Origin: Candidatus Limnocylindrales bacterium
GTDB lineage: Bacteria > Chloroflexota > Limnocylindria > Limnocylindrales > CSP1-4
Assembly: GCA_051306295.1 (NCBI GenBank)
Contig: JBPPMZ010000086.1
Coordinates: forward strand, 13,015-77,014
DNA length: 64,000 nucleotides
Direction of reading: 5' to 3'
Below the pieces are notes generated by a model that was not told the origin of the DNA, did not search any database, and was given only the letters and a program-made list of their open reading frames with translations. This document shows positions 40,976 through 50,744 of the stretch, one piece after another. Positions within the stretch are counted from its first letter, which is position 1. Every line of letters begins with the position of its first letter. The position numbers and the translations under genes are program-made.

Positions 40976-42127
40976 GTGCCCACGACCCCGGCCCCTCGAC
41001 CTCCGCGCGCGACGTCAGGTCGGGCACGGTCCCGCGCCGGCAGCCGCACGGATACGCCGATCCTGGTCCGCCTGATGCGCAACGGGATCGAAGAGAGCGT
41101 CCATCGCGGGGACATCGTCGAGTCGGACGTCGATGGTCGCCTGATCCGGCAGCTCGGGAATCCGGACCGATTGGTCACGCTGCGCTCCACGGTGAAGCCG
41201 TTCGGCGTCGTCGCGCTCATCGAAGCGGGCGGCGTGGATGCATTCGATCTGGAGCCCGCCGAGCTGGCGATCATGGCCAGCTCGCACAGCGGCGAGGACA
41301 TCCACGTCCGGACCATCCAGGGGATCTTCCGCCGGGCCGGCGTGAGTCAGACCCTCCTCGCCTGTGGATCGGAGGGGATGCCGCTCGATCCTCTGACGTT
41401 CGCCCGACTGGCCCGCGACGGGGAGAAGCCCGGCCCGATCCGCCACATGTGCTCGGGACAGCACTCCGTCTCGCTGTTGCTCTCACGGCTCAAGGGCTGG
41501 GAGCTCGAAACGTACTGGCACGCGTCCCATCCGTCGCAGGCGGCCTACCGGGCCGTCGTCGCCCGGGCCTACGGGACGACGCCGGACAAGCTGCGCACCG
41601 CCCTGGACGGCTGTGGCGTGGAGACGTACGCCTTCCGCCTCCGCGAGGTGGCCCAGGCGTACGCGCTGCTGGCCGATCCGAGCGCGGTCGGAGCGAAGGA
41701 CCCACGGCGTGACCTCGCGCCCGCCCTCACCCTCGTGCGCGACGCGATGCTGGCGAACCCCGAGATGGTGGGGGGCCGCCATGACCGGCTGGATACTTCG
41801 CTGATGAAGGCCCTGCCGGACCGTGTCATCAGCAAGGCCGGCATGGAGGCCCTCCGGGCGATGGCGATCCTGCCCGGACCTCGGGGCGGCAGCACGACCG
41901 TCGGCCCATCCGGATTGGCGGTCAAGATCGAAGATGGAGATGGGCACGACCGCGGGACGTGGGCCGCGTCGATCGAGGCGCTCCGCCAGACTGGCGCGGT
42001 CGACGGGCAGGCGCTGCGCATGCTCGCCCGCTATCACCGACCGGCGACGATGGACCCGCATGGTCGTCTCGGCGCCGAGGCGATCGCGGAGTTCGAACTG
42101 GCGCCGGTCGGCGAGCTGATCGGCTGA
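40976..42127 (+). CDS. L-asparaginase II (Rhizobium etli AnsA-type) family protein
   Basis: ESVHRG, RSTVKP, SSHSGE, CSGQH, DGCG and AVKIEDG motifs. Confidence 0.85.
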   Translation: MPTTPAPRPPRATSGRARSRAGSRTDTPILVRLMRNGIEESVHRGDIVESDVDGRLIRQLGNPDRLVTLRSTVKPFGVVALIEAGGVDAFDLEPAELAIMASSHSGEDIHVRTIQGIFRRAGVSQTLLACGSEGMPLDPLTFARLARDGEKPGPIRHMCSGQHSVSLLLSRLKGWELETYWHASHPSQAAYRAVVARAYGTTPDKLRTALDGCGVETYAFRLREVAQAYALLADPSAVGAKDPRRDLAPALTLVRDAMLANPEMVGGRHDRLDTSLMKALPDRVISKAGMEALRAMAILPGPRGGSTTVGPSGLAVKIEDGDGHDRGTWAASIEALRQTGAVDGQALRMLARYHRPATMDPHGRLGAEAIAEFELAPVGELIG

Positions 42128-42178
42128 CTCTGATGTCCGGCGCTGCGCCGGGCGAACCGCTGGAGCGACTGCCGACCG

Positions 42179-43477
42179 ATGGCCCCCGAAGTCGATCCCT
42201 ATCGCACCCTAGGCCTTGGTCGCGGTGCCTCCATCGCTGAGGTGAAGCGCGCCTATCGCAGCCTGGCCAAGGCGAACCATCCGGACGCGGCCGGCGAGGC
42301 GGCCCTCCCGCGATTCCTTGCGATCCGGGCGGCGTACGACCAGATCATCGGTCCGGCGGGGGACGGGACGGGTGCGGCCGGGCGGAGCGGCGGAGCCGGC
42401 CGGCGTGCGTCCGGACCGCGCCCTCCCTGGGACGCCGATCCGAATCGGACGGATGCCACCCATCGCGCCTACGGCGGTCGTCCTCGCCGCGCCCGTCCGA
42501 CCGGGCCGCGGCCCGCCAGCGAGTCGGCGCGACCAGCGGATGCCGGGTCGTCGTCGCGCACGCGTGCTCCGAGGGATTCCAAGAAGGCCACGCTGGGCTC
42601 GACCTCGTACGACGGGGCCGACGCCGAGCCGTTCGAGCCCGATTGGGGAGGCGCCTCGTGGTATGGCACGACGTCGGGCACGTACTGGACGCTCAACCCC
42701 AAGGAATACGCCGATCCACGGAAGCACGGGCCGGAGTATCAGGCGCGGGCACGCCGGTCGGCCGAGGCTGCGGCGGACGCCGAGGCCGCCGAGGCCGCCG
42801 AGGCCGTCGAACCGACGGGATCCGACCGACCCGCACCCGCGGCGGAGCCGGCGCGAGCGACCGGTGCCGACGCCGCGTCGGTGCCACCGACCCACACGAC
42901 GACCTCCTGGTGGGATGCCACGGCCGCGGACCCCGCTGCTCCGGTCGCCGCGGCCGCCCCCGCCCCCGACCCGCCCCCCCCGCCGAACGCCCGGCCCGAC
43001 GGGGGACTGACAGTGATCACCTGGGACGCCACGCGCTTCCTCGAGCCGGCGGCTGGCGGCATCATCGGCCGTGTCGGACGGGGCGTGGTGGGCTGGACGC
43101 CGATCGCCCTCGGGATCGGTTGGCTCGCCGGCGAGATCACCGGCTGCGCTAGGTTCTCGGCATCGTGTGACGCCTCGTCGGCCCCCCTCGCCTGGTTCGC
43201 CCAGGTCGTCGTCCTCGCGCTGCTGCTCATCGTCCCTCGCCTGGCCGTGGCGGCCACGATCGCCACGATCGGCACCCTGGCGGCCGCGATCCCGGGATCC
43301 CTGCTCGTCACCTCGATGGGGGCGGCGGCCGATGTCGGATCGGCGCGCTCGGCGCTCGGCGCGCTCCTGGTGATCGGCTGGTCGGTCGGGATCGTCGTCG
43401 GACTTGGCCGTGAGGTGCGTCGGCTCCGAGTGCCGGGAGCCACCTCGCCCGACCAAGGGAGCGGTCCCGTATCCTGA
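42179..43477 (+). CDS. J-domain protein with low-complexity linker and C-terminal TM helices
   Basis: DPYRTLGL..EVKRAYR..HPD; about four hydrophobic C-terminal segments. Confidence 0.85.
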   Translation: MAPEVDPYRTLGLGRGASIAEVKRAYRSLAKANHPDAAGEAALPRFLAIRAAYDQIIGPAGDGTGAAGRSGGAGRRASGPRPPWDADPNRTDATHRAYGGRPRRARPTGPRPASESARPADAGSSSRTRAPRDSKKATLGSTSYDGADAEPFEPDWGGASWYGTTSGTYWTLNPKEYADPRKHGPEYQARARRSAEAAADAEAAEAAEAVEPTGSDRPAPAAEPARATGADAASVPPTHTTTSWWDATAADPAAPVAAAAPAPDPPPPPNARPDGGLTVITWDATRFLEPAAGGIIGRVGRGVVGWTPIALGIGWLAGEITGCARFSASCDASSAPLAWFAQVVVLALLLIVPRLAVAATIATIGTLAAAIPGSLLVTSMGAAADVGSARSALGALLVIGWSVGIVVGLGREVRRLRVPGATSPDQGSGPVS

Positions 43478-43481
43478 GGGC

Positions 43482-44219
43482 ATGCCCCGTCGTCAGGACC
43501 AGCGCGACCTCTCCGCTGCCGCCCAGGAATACCTCCTCGCCCTGCGCGTCGGGGCGGGGGCCGGCGACGGCACGAAGGTGACCGCGGCCGGGGTCGCCCG
43601 CCATCTCGGCGTCACCACCCAGGCCGCCAGCGAGATGTTCCGACGCCTCGTGGCCGACGGCCTGGTCGACCATGTGGACGGTGGCCGCGACCTGCGCATG
43701 ACCACGGCCGGCCGAGCGGCTGCCGACGCGATCTTCCGTCGGCACGCGCTCCTGGAGTGGCTGCTCACCAGCGTCATCGGCCTGGGCTGGGCCGAATCGG
43801 ACGACGAGGCGATGCGCCTGCAGGGCGCGATCTCGCCGCGCGTCGAGGCGCGCCTCGACGAGATGCTCGGCCACCCCGAGATCTGCCCCCACGGCAACCC
43901 CATCGACGCGGCGACCGCGAAGCGTCGTCCGGTAGGCGTCCGGCTCAGCGAGATGGAGGCCGGGACCCACGCGACGGTCTATCGCATCACCGAGGAAGCC
44001 GAGGAAGACGCCGGCCTGCTGTCGTACCTGGAGGCCCGGGCCCTCAAGCCGGGCGCGCCGATCACGATCCTGGCCCGCTCGGAGTCGCTGGACTCGTTGA
44101 CCCTGGAGGGGCCACTCGGCCGGGCGACGCTGGGCCTCCGTCCGGCGGCGCTCGTGCGGGTCCTCCCCGGCGACGCGGATCCGGCCCTCTTCCATCGGGT
44201 GCCGCCGCCGCGGGCCTGA
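43482..44219 (+). CDS. DtxR/MntR-family metal-dependent regulator with FeoA domain
   Basis: QEYL, RRHALLE and CPHGNPI motifs; C-terminal FeoA. Confidence 0.9.
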   Translation: MPRRQDQRDLSAAAQEYLLALRVGAGAGDGTKVTAAGVARHLGVTTQAASEMFRRLVADGLVDHVDGGRDLRMTTAGRAAADAIFRRHALLEWLLTSVIGLGWAESDDEAMRLQGAISPRVEARLDEMLGHPEICPHGNPIDAATAKRRPVGVRLSEMEAGTHATVYRITEEAEEDAGLLSYLEARALKPGAPITILARSESLDSLTLEGPLGRATLGLRPAALVRVLPGDADPALFHRVPPPRA

Positions 44220-44236
44220 CTGGTAGCCTTGGGCGC

Positions 44237-45727
44237 ATGACCATCGACCGCGTCCGGATCGCGCCCAGCCCGACCGGGCCGCTCCACATCGGCACGGCAC
44301 GGACCGCGCTGTTCAACTACCTCCATGCCCGACACGTCGGCGGCACGTTCATCCTCCGCCTGGAGGACACCGACGTCGTGCGTAGCACGCTGGCCTTCGA
44401 GAAGGACATCCTCGATGGCCTGCACTGGTTGGGCCTCGAGTGGGACGAGGGTCCGGAGGTCGCCGGCGAACCGGCTCGTGGGCCGCATGCGCCGTACCGT
44501 CAGATGCAGCGCTTGCCGTCGTATGCGACCGCGGCGCAGCGGCTCCTCGCCGACGACCTCGCGTATCCGTGCTTCTGCACGCCAGAGGAACTCGACGCGG
44601 ATCGCAAGGCCCAGGAAGCGGCCAAGGACGCACCGCGCTACGTCGGTCGGTGCGCGGCGCTGACGCCGGACGAGCGACAGGCGCGCGAGGCAGAGGGACG
44701 TCGTGGGACGCTGCGCTTCCGCGTTGGGGAGGGGGTCGTCGCGTTCGACGACATCGTGCGCGGCCGGGTCGAGATCGATGTCCGTAACCTCGGCGGCGAC
44801 TTCGTGATCGTCCGGAGCGACGGCAACCCGCTCTATCACTTCACGGTCGTGGTCGACGATGCGGCGATGGGCATCACCCACGTCATTCGCGGCGAGGACC
44901 ACCTGTCCAACACGCCCAAGCACATCCTGCTGTTCCGGGCGCTGGGCTACGACGTGCCCGCCTTCGCCCACCTGCCGCTCATCCTCAATCCGGACCGGAC
45001 CAAGATGAGCAAACGCAAGAGCCAGACCGCGGTCGGTGACTACATCGCCCAGGGCTTCATCAAGGAAGCGCTGGTCAACTACCTCGCGCTCCTCGGTTGG
45101 GCGACGGGCTCCGAGGACGAGATCCTGTCGCTCGATGAGATCGTCGAGCGGTTCGATATCGCGGCCGTGCACAAGGGCGGCGCGGTGTTCGATCGCGAGC
45201 GGCTCGAATGGATCAACGGCCAGTGGATCCGGCGCCTGTCCGACGACGACCTGATCGATCGACTGCGACCGTTCCTGGAGGCCGAACTGGTCGCGGGGCG
45301 GATAGCCTGGATGCCCGCCGACGACGAAGTTCGGGCACTGCTGCCGGTCATCCGGGAGCGACTGCCTACCCTGGGAGCGGTCGGTGACGTCGTCGGCTTC
45401 CTGTGGGTGGACACGCTCGACATCGATCCTTCGATCCTGGTCCCCAAGCGCTGGGACATCGCCACGACCAGGGAAGGGCTGACGGCCGCCCGCGCGACCA
45501 TCGCCGAGGTCGGGGCGGTGTCGTTCGAAGCCGATGAGCTGGAGCCGCCGCTGCGGGCCCTGGCGGAGGCTCGTGGCTGGAAGGCCGGCGACCTGTTCAT
45601 GACCATCCGCGTTGCGGTCACCGGGCGCACGGCGACGCCGCCGCTGTTCGACACGCTCGTGGCCCTGGGCCGTGACCGGGTGGGCGCCCGCCTGGACCAC
45701 GCGCTCGAGGTCATCGCCGACGCGTGA
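44237..45727 (+). CDS. gltX: Glutamate-tRNA ligase
   Basis: APSPTGPLHIG, LRLEDTD, IRGEDH and KMSKR motifs. Confidence 0.97.
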   Translation: MTIDRVRIAPSPTGPLHIGTARTALFNYLHARHVGGTFILRLEDTDVVRSTLAFEKDILDGLHWLGLEWDEGPEVAGEPARGPHAPYRQMQRLPSYATAAQRLLADDLAYPCFCTPEELDADRKAQEAAKDAPRYVGRCAALTPDERQAREAEGRRGTLRFRVGEGVVAFDDIVRGRVEIDVRNLGGDFVIVRSDGNPLYHFTVVVDDAAMGITHVIRGEDHLSNTPKHILLFRALGYDVPAFAHLPLILNPDRTKMSKRKSQTAVGDYIAQGFIKEALVNYLALLGWATGSEDEILSLDEIVERFDIAAVHKGGAVFDRERLEWINGQWIRRLSDDDLIDRLRPFLEAELVAGRIAWMPADDEVRALLPVIRERLPTLGAVGDVVGFLWVDTLDIDPSILVPKRWDIATTREGLTAARATIAEVGAVSFEADELEPPLRALAEARGWKAGDLFMTIRVAVTGRTATPPLFDTLVALGRDRVGARLDHALEVIADA

Positions 45728-45768
45728 CGGGCCCGATGGACCCGCTGCTCCTTGTCGTTCCGCGCACA

Positions 45769-45810
45769 TTGACGGGGCTCTAACGCGTCGTTAACACGCG
45801 CGGCTATCCT
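45769..45810 (+). promoter_or_regulatory. Pho-box-like 11-bp-phased repeats plus -10 element
   Basis: TTGAC/CTAAC/TTAAC at 45769/45780/45791; TATCCT at 45805. Confidence 0.65.
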
Positions 45811-45819
45811 CAACAGTAG

Positions 45820-46515
<696 letters not shown>

Positions 46516-46522
46516 CGCAGCG

Positions 46523-46549
46523 TTGACCCGATACCAACGCCGTGTTGAC
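46523..46549 (+). promoter_or_regulatory. Pho-box-like repeats upstream of a hypothetical ORF
   Basis: TTGAC/CCAAC/TTGAC at 46523/46534/46545. Confidence 0.55.
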
Positions 46550-46571
46550 GTAGCCGCCCGATGATCCTCCC

Positions 46572-46994
46572 GTGCCGATCCTGACCGCTCAGCCCACAGC
46601 CAAGGATCCCGCGGCGTCGCACCACGCCGCATCCGTGCGCTCTGGCGAGTCCGTCGGTATCGGCAGGCCCGCCGCTCCGCCGCCCGAGGTGCTCCTCCCC
46701 TCGGGTGGCTCTGATCACCGCGGCGGGCTACCCGACGACCGGGCATGGGCGACGGCCGCCTTCCAGCGGCGAGTAGCGTCGGTCCATCGGCAGCTGGCGC
46801 CGGTCGTGAGCCGCGCGGCCCTCGCCGATTCGTACGGTCGGGAGGCGGCCAAACGTCTGGTGCGGTCACGGGCCGTCGGGCGTCGGTCGGTGACGGCGCT
46901 GCAGGTCGCGTATGCCCTCCGCTGGCTGGAGCTCGATGGGTCCGTCTCGGATGCGCTGTCCTGGACCGACCTCCTGGACACTCCGACCCGCTGA
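46572..46994 (+). CDS. Hypothetical protein (140 aa)
   Basis: Fills the gap between the response regulator and proS; structured-looking C-terminus (LADSYGRE..VAYALRWLEL). Confidence 0.6.
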   Translation: MPILTAQPTAKDPAASHHAASVRSGESVGIGRPAAPPPEVLLPSGGSDHRGGLPDDRAWATAAFQRRVASVHRQLAPVVSRAALADSYGREAAKRLVRSRAVGRRSVTALQVAYALRWLELDGSVSDALSWTDLLDTPTR

Positions 46995-47030
46995 CCGATC
47001 CGTCCAGAACCGCGATACGCAGTCCGGGTC

Positions 47031-47080
47031 GCCAGCCCGCGGAAAGCTTCGAATCCAGAGGTTCTTTGCCGCGGGGTGGC
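47031..47080. repeat. Third copy of the hairpin repeat
   Basis: 22-nt core GAAAGCTTCGAATCCAGAGGTT identical to 27859-27880, inside an 11/12-bp outer stem. Confidence 0.8.
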
Positions 47081-47125
47081 CGGGTCCGCGGCGCCGGGTT
47101 GCCGCCCCGCTATCCTTAGCCGGCC

Positions 47126-48841
47126 ATGCGACTCTCCACCCTGTTCTTCACCACGCTCCGCGACGACCCGGTCGAAGCCGAGATGCCCTCCCACCGCCTC
47201 CTGTTGCGCGCCGGCTACGTGCGCCAGCTGGGTTCCGGGATCTACTCGCTGCTGCCGCTCGGCAAGCGGGTCAACGACCGGGTCGAGCAGGTCATCCGCG
47301 AGGAGCAGGACAGGATCGGCGGGCAGGAGATGGAGATGCCGGTCGTCCACCCGGCCGATGTCTGGCGGGCGAGCGGCCGGTACGACGCCATCGGGCCGGA
47401 GCTTGGCCGGTTCAAGGATCGCAACGGGCGGGACATGGTCCTGGCGATGACCCACGAGGAGGTCGTCGGGATCCTCCTGGCGGACGTCGTGAAGTCTTGG
47501 CGTCAGCTGCCGATGCAGGTCTACCACTTCCAGACCAAGTGGCGCGACGAGCCGCGCGCCCGTGGAGGTCTGATCCGCGTCCGCGAATTCGTCATGAAGG
47601 ACGCCTATAGCTGCGACCGCGACGACGCTGGTCTGGATGTGAGCTACTGGGCCCAGCACGGCGCGTATGTCCGGACCTTCGAGCGCCTGGGCCTCAAGAC
47701 CATCGCGGTCAGCTCCGATGTCGGGATGATGGGCGGCAGCCAGGCCCATGAGTTCATGGTCCTGAACCCGGCCGGCGAGGACGTCCTCGTCCTGTGCGAG
47801 GCGTGTGACTACGCGTCCAATCGCCAGGTCGCCGTCGGGCCCAGGACCGCGCCGGCCGCGGAGGACCCACTCCCCCGCGAGGAGATCGCCACGCCCGGCA
47901 CCACGACCATCGCCAGCCTGGCCGCCTTCCTCGGCATCGGACCGGAGCGCACGGCCAAGGCTGCCTTCTTCATGACCGGCGACGGCCGCCTCGTCACCGC
48001 CATCGTCCGCGGCGACCACGAGGTCAACGAGACCAAGCTCGTCAACGCGGTCCAGGCCACCGGCGGGATCCGTCCGGCCACGGTCGAGGAGATCAAGGCC
48101 GCCGGCATGGAGCCGGGCTACGGATCGCCCATCGGCGCGCATGACACGGTCGTGGTCGTGGACGATCTCGCGGCGGCCTCGCCCAACCTGGTGGCCGGCG
48201 CGAACCGCGAGGGATTCCACGTCACCAACGTGAACGTCGGGCGGGATTACACCCCGGACATCACGGCCGACATCACGAACGTCCAGGAAGGCGACGCCTG
48301 CCCGCAGTGCGGGGCGCCGGTCATCCTGCGCAACGGCATCGAGGTCGGCAACATCTTCAAGCTCGGCACGAAGTACACGGATGCCGCCGGTGCCTCCTAC
48401 CTCGGCGAAGACGGCCAGGCGCACCCCATCGTCATGGGCTCATACGGGATCGGGGTCGGGCGGAACGTGGCCTGCATCGTCGAGGAGCACCACGACGAGA
48501 AGGGCATCGTCTGGCCGGCCGAGGTCGCTCCCTATGCCGCGCACCTGGTGTCGATCGGGGCGGCCAAGGAACCCCGCGTCGCGGAGGTCGCCGAGCGACT
48601 CCACGCCCTGGCCGCCGAGGCCGGTCCGCGCCACGAGATCCTGTGGGACGACCGCGACGAGTCGCCGGGCGTCAAGTTCACCGACGCCGAGCTCCTGGGC
48701 ATGCCCTGGATCCTGACCGTGTCGCCGCGCTCGCTGGCCGCCGGCGGCGTCGAGGTCACCGAGCGCGTCACCGGTGAGCGATCCACCCGCCCGATCGAGG
48801 ACGTCGAGGGCTTCCTCGCGAACGGGTTCCCGACTGCCTGA
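47126..48841 (+). CDS. proS: Proline-tRNA ligase
   Basis: THEE, RDEPRARGGLIRVREF, IEVGNIFKLG and MGSYGIG motifs; insertion (editing) domain. Confidence 0.97.
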   Translation: MRLSTLFFTTLRDDPVEAEMPSHRLLLRAGYVRQLGSGIYSLLPLGKRVNDRVEQVIREEQDRIGGQEMEMPVVHPADVWRASGRYDAIGPELGRFKDRNGRDMVLAMTHEEVVGILLADVVKSWRQLPMQVYHFQTKWRDEPRARGGLIRVREFVMKDAYSCDRDDAGLDVSYWAQHGAYVRTFERLGLKTIAVSSDVGMMGGSQAHEFMVLNPAGEDVLVLCEACDYASNRQVAVGPRTAPAAEDPLPREEIATPGTTTIASLAAFLGIGPERTAKAAFFMTGDGRLVTAIVRGDHEVNETKLVNAVQATGGIRPATVEEIKAAGMEPGYGSPIGAHDTVVVVDDLAAASPNLVAGANREGFHVTNVNVGRDYTPDITADITNVQEGDACPQCGAPVILRNGIEVGNIFKLGTKYTDAAGASYLGEDGQAHPIVMGSYGIGVGRNVACIVEEHHDEKGIVWPAEVAPYAAHLVSIGAAKEPRVAEVAERLHALAAEAGPRHEILWDDRDESPGVKFTDAELLGMPWILTVSPRSLAAGGVEVTERVTGERSTRPIEDVEGFLANGFPTA

Positions 48842-48850
48842 GGGTCGTGG

Positions 48851-49396
48851 TCAGCCGCGGCCGACCGAACTCGGGGGCATGGCGCCGGGTGCCGCGGCGG
48901 CCTCCTCGATCGCGGCGACAGTCGGTTCGTCGAGGGTCGTCCCGTCGAGGGCCAGGACGAGTTCCCCGCTGTCCGGTGCGGCCTCGATGAGCTCGCTCGA
49001 GGTCCGGACTTCGCCGTCGATCGGCTCGGGCTCATCGTCCAGCCGGCCGATCGCGAAGGTGACACCGGGCGGGATGGACGCCGCGATGGAGATCTCCGAG
49101 ATGCGATAGGGCGAACCCTTGGTCCGGAGCGCCTTGTTGGTCATCTCCTGGAGGGCCGTGGCCTTGATGACCAGATCCGCGAGCGTGCTCGGGTCGATCC
49201 GCTCGATGACCGTGTTGACGCCCCGTTTGGCAAGGCCCACTGCGTCCCGCGCGCCCTGGGTGGCGCCCGCCAGCCCGCGGTTCACCCGGTCCGCGGTCGA
49301 CGGATCGTGGGCCGTTCGGGTCGCGGCCGACGCGGCCTCCTCGACCCGCGCTCGAGCCGCCTCTGCGGCTTCCTGGGCCTTCTTGATGAAGCTCAT
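48851..49396 (-). CDS. Hypothetical protein (helical N-terminus, acidic C-terminus)
   Basis: MSFIKKAQEAAE...; GGAG upstream; GC3-rich codons. Confidence 0.7.
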   Translation of the reverse strand: MSFIKKAQEAAEAARARVEEAASAATRTAHDPSTADRVNRGLAGATQGARDAVGLAKRGVNTVIERIDPSTLADLVIKATALQEMTNKALRTKGSPYRISEISIAASIPPGVTFAIGRLDDEPEPIDGEVRTSSELIEAAPDSGELVLALDGTTLDEPTVAAIEEAAAAPGAMPPSSVGRG

Positions 49397-49469
49397 CTCG
49401 GATCTCCCCACGGACCTGGAGCGCGAGCATAACGAGCCGGCCTCGTGACGGCCACTACGATGGACGGCC

Positions 49470-50537
49470 ATGCCGCCTCGCGTCCCACGCCCGACCCTGC
49501 CCGACGACGACCTGTACGCCCGCTTGGGCGTGCCGATCGATGCCAGTCCCGAGGCCATCGACCTCGCCTGGCGTGGCCTCCTGCGCAAGCACCATCCGGA
49601 CGTCGCGGGCCCGGGCGGGCTGGACCTCGCGAAGCGGATCAACGTAGCCCACGACTGGCTCGCCGACCCCGCGATGCGGGCGCGCTACGACGAGGAGCGC
49701 TCGATCGGTGGCCGCGACCCGCGCCGTCCGGGCGGCGGGGTGGCTCGGTCCACGGCGTGGGCGTCCGGCGAGTCCATCCGCGCCGACCGCGCTCCACGGC
49801 GGCCCCGGCCGGCCAGTACCGCCGATCGCGTGGCGGCCATCGTGGAGCGCGTCGGCCGCCTGGGTCGCGACGAACTGGACCGGCTGGCGCTCGCCGAGCC
49901 AGCACCGATCGCCTTCCTGGCGACGCTTCGCCGATTCCTGGGCGCCGACCAGATGGCGGCCCTCGATGCGGCGGAGCGCGCCGTCCTGGATGCCCTCCCG
50001 CCCGCCGCGCGGCGGGTCCCGGGGATCCGCGACGCCGTCGTCGGCCGCGTCGCGGAGCCGATCCTGGCCGATACACTCGACGAGCTGCTGGGCGATCCTG
50101 CCGGCGATCGGGCCAAGGAGCGCCTGACCCGGGGCTGGGATGCGGCCGTTGGGCAGCCGCGCTACGGACCGGCGACGACGACCGTCGAGGCGCTGCTCGC
50201 CCGGGTCCGTTCGCTGTCCGTCGAGGAGTCCCGCTGGCTGTCCGCGACGGGCGCCCGCGACCGTCTCGGCGAGCCGCCCTGGCCGGAGGCCACGTCCCGT
50301 GACGAGGACGAGGCTCTGCGCGTCTCGACCGAGCTCGCCGCCGAGGACATCGAGGCGGCCATCCGCGATGCCGGCGGGAACGCTGGCGCGCGCCGGGCGG
50401 GCGCTCGGATCGCCCACTTGCTCGTCCTTCGCCACGCCTTCGCCGCGTCCGCCTTCGACCGGCATGCCGCCCCGTGGCTGGGTACGTTGATCGAGCGGAC
50501 GATGGCCGCGGAGCCCCGCGTACGCTATCGGGCGTAG
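49470..50537 (+). CDS. J-domain protein with unknown C-terminal helical domain
   Basis: DLYARLGV..HHPDV..INVAHDWLADP..RARYD. Confidence 0.85.
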   Translation: MPPRVPRPTLPDDDLYARLGVPIDASPEAIDLAWRGLLRKHHPDVAGPGGLDLAKRINVAHDWLADPAMRARYDEERSIGGRDPRRPGGGVARSTAWASGESIRADRAPRRPRPASTADRVAAIVERVGRLGRDELDRLALAEPAPIAFLATLRRFLGADQMAALDAAERAVLDALPPAARRVPGIRDAVVGRVAEPILADTLDELLGDPAGDRAKERLTRGWDAAVGQPRYGPATTTVEALLARVRSLSVEESRWLSATGARDRLGEPPWPEATSRDEDEALRVSTELAAEDIEAAIRDAGGNAGARRAGARIAHLLVLRHAFAASAFDRHAAPWLGTLIERTMAAEPRVRYRA

Positions 50538-50744
50538 GCGTCTGCAGGACACCCGGGCGATGGCGTCCCGGGTGCCAGAGCGCCTGGATCCTGGCCATGG
50601 CTGACATCTCGACGACCTGCAACGGATCGCCACGACGGCCTGTGCCCGCCTGCGACGAGCAGATCGTCGGTGCGCTGGATCATCGCGTCGCCATCAGCGC
50701 CCGACCGGGCGCGCCGCGGGCGCGCGGTATGCGATGCTCGCCCC

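Noticed and set aside
46995-47125. T-box leader for proS
   Set aside because: No AAxxxGGGTGGxACC T-box or specifier stem; a -10 hexamer lies 9 nt before the ATG
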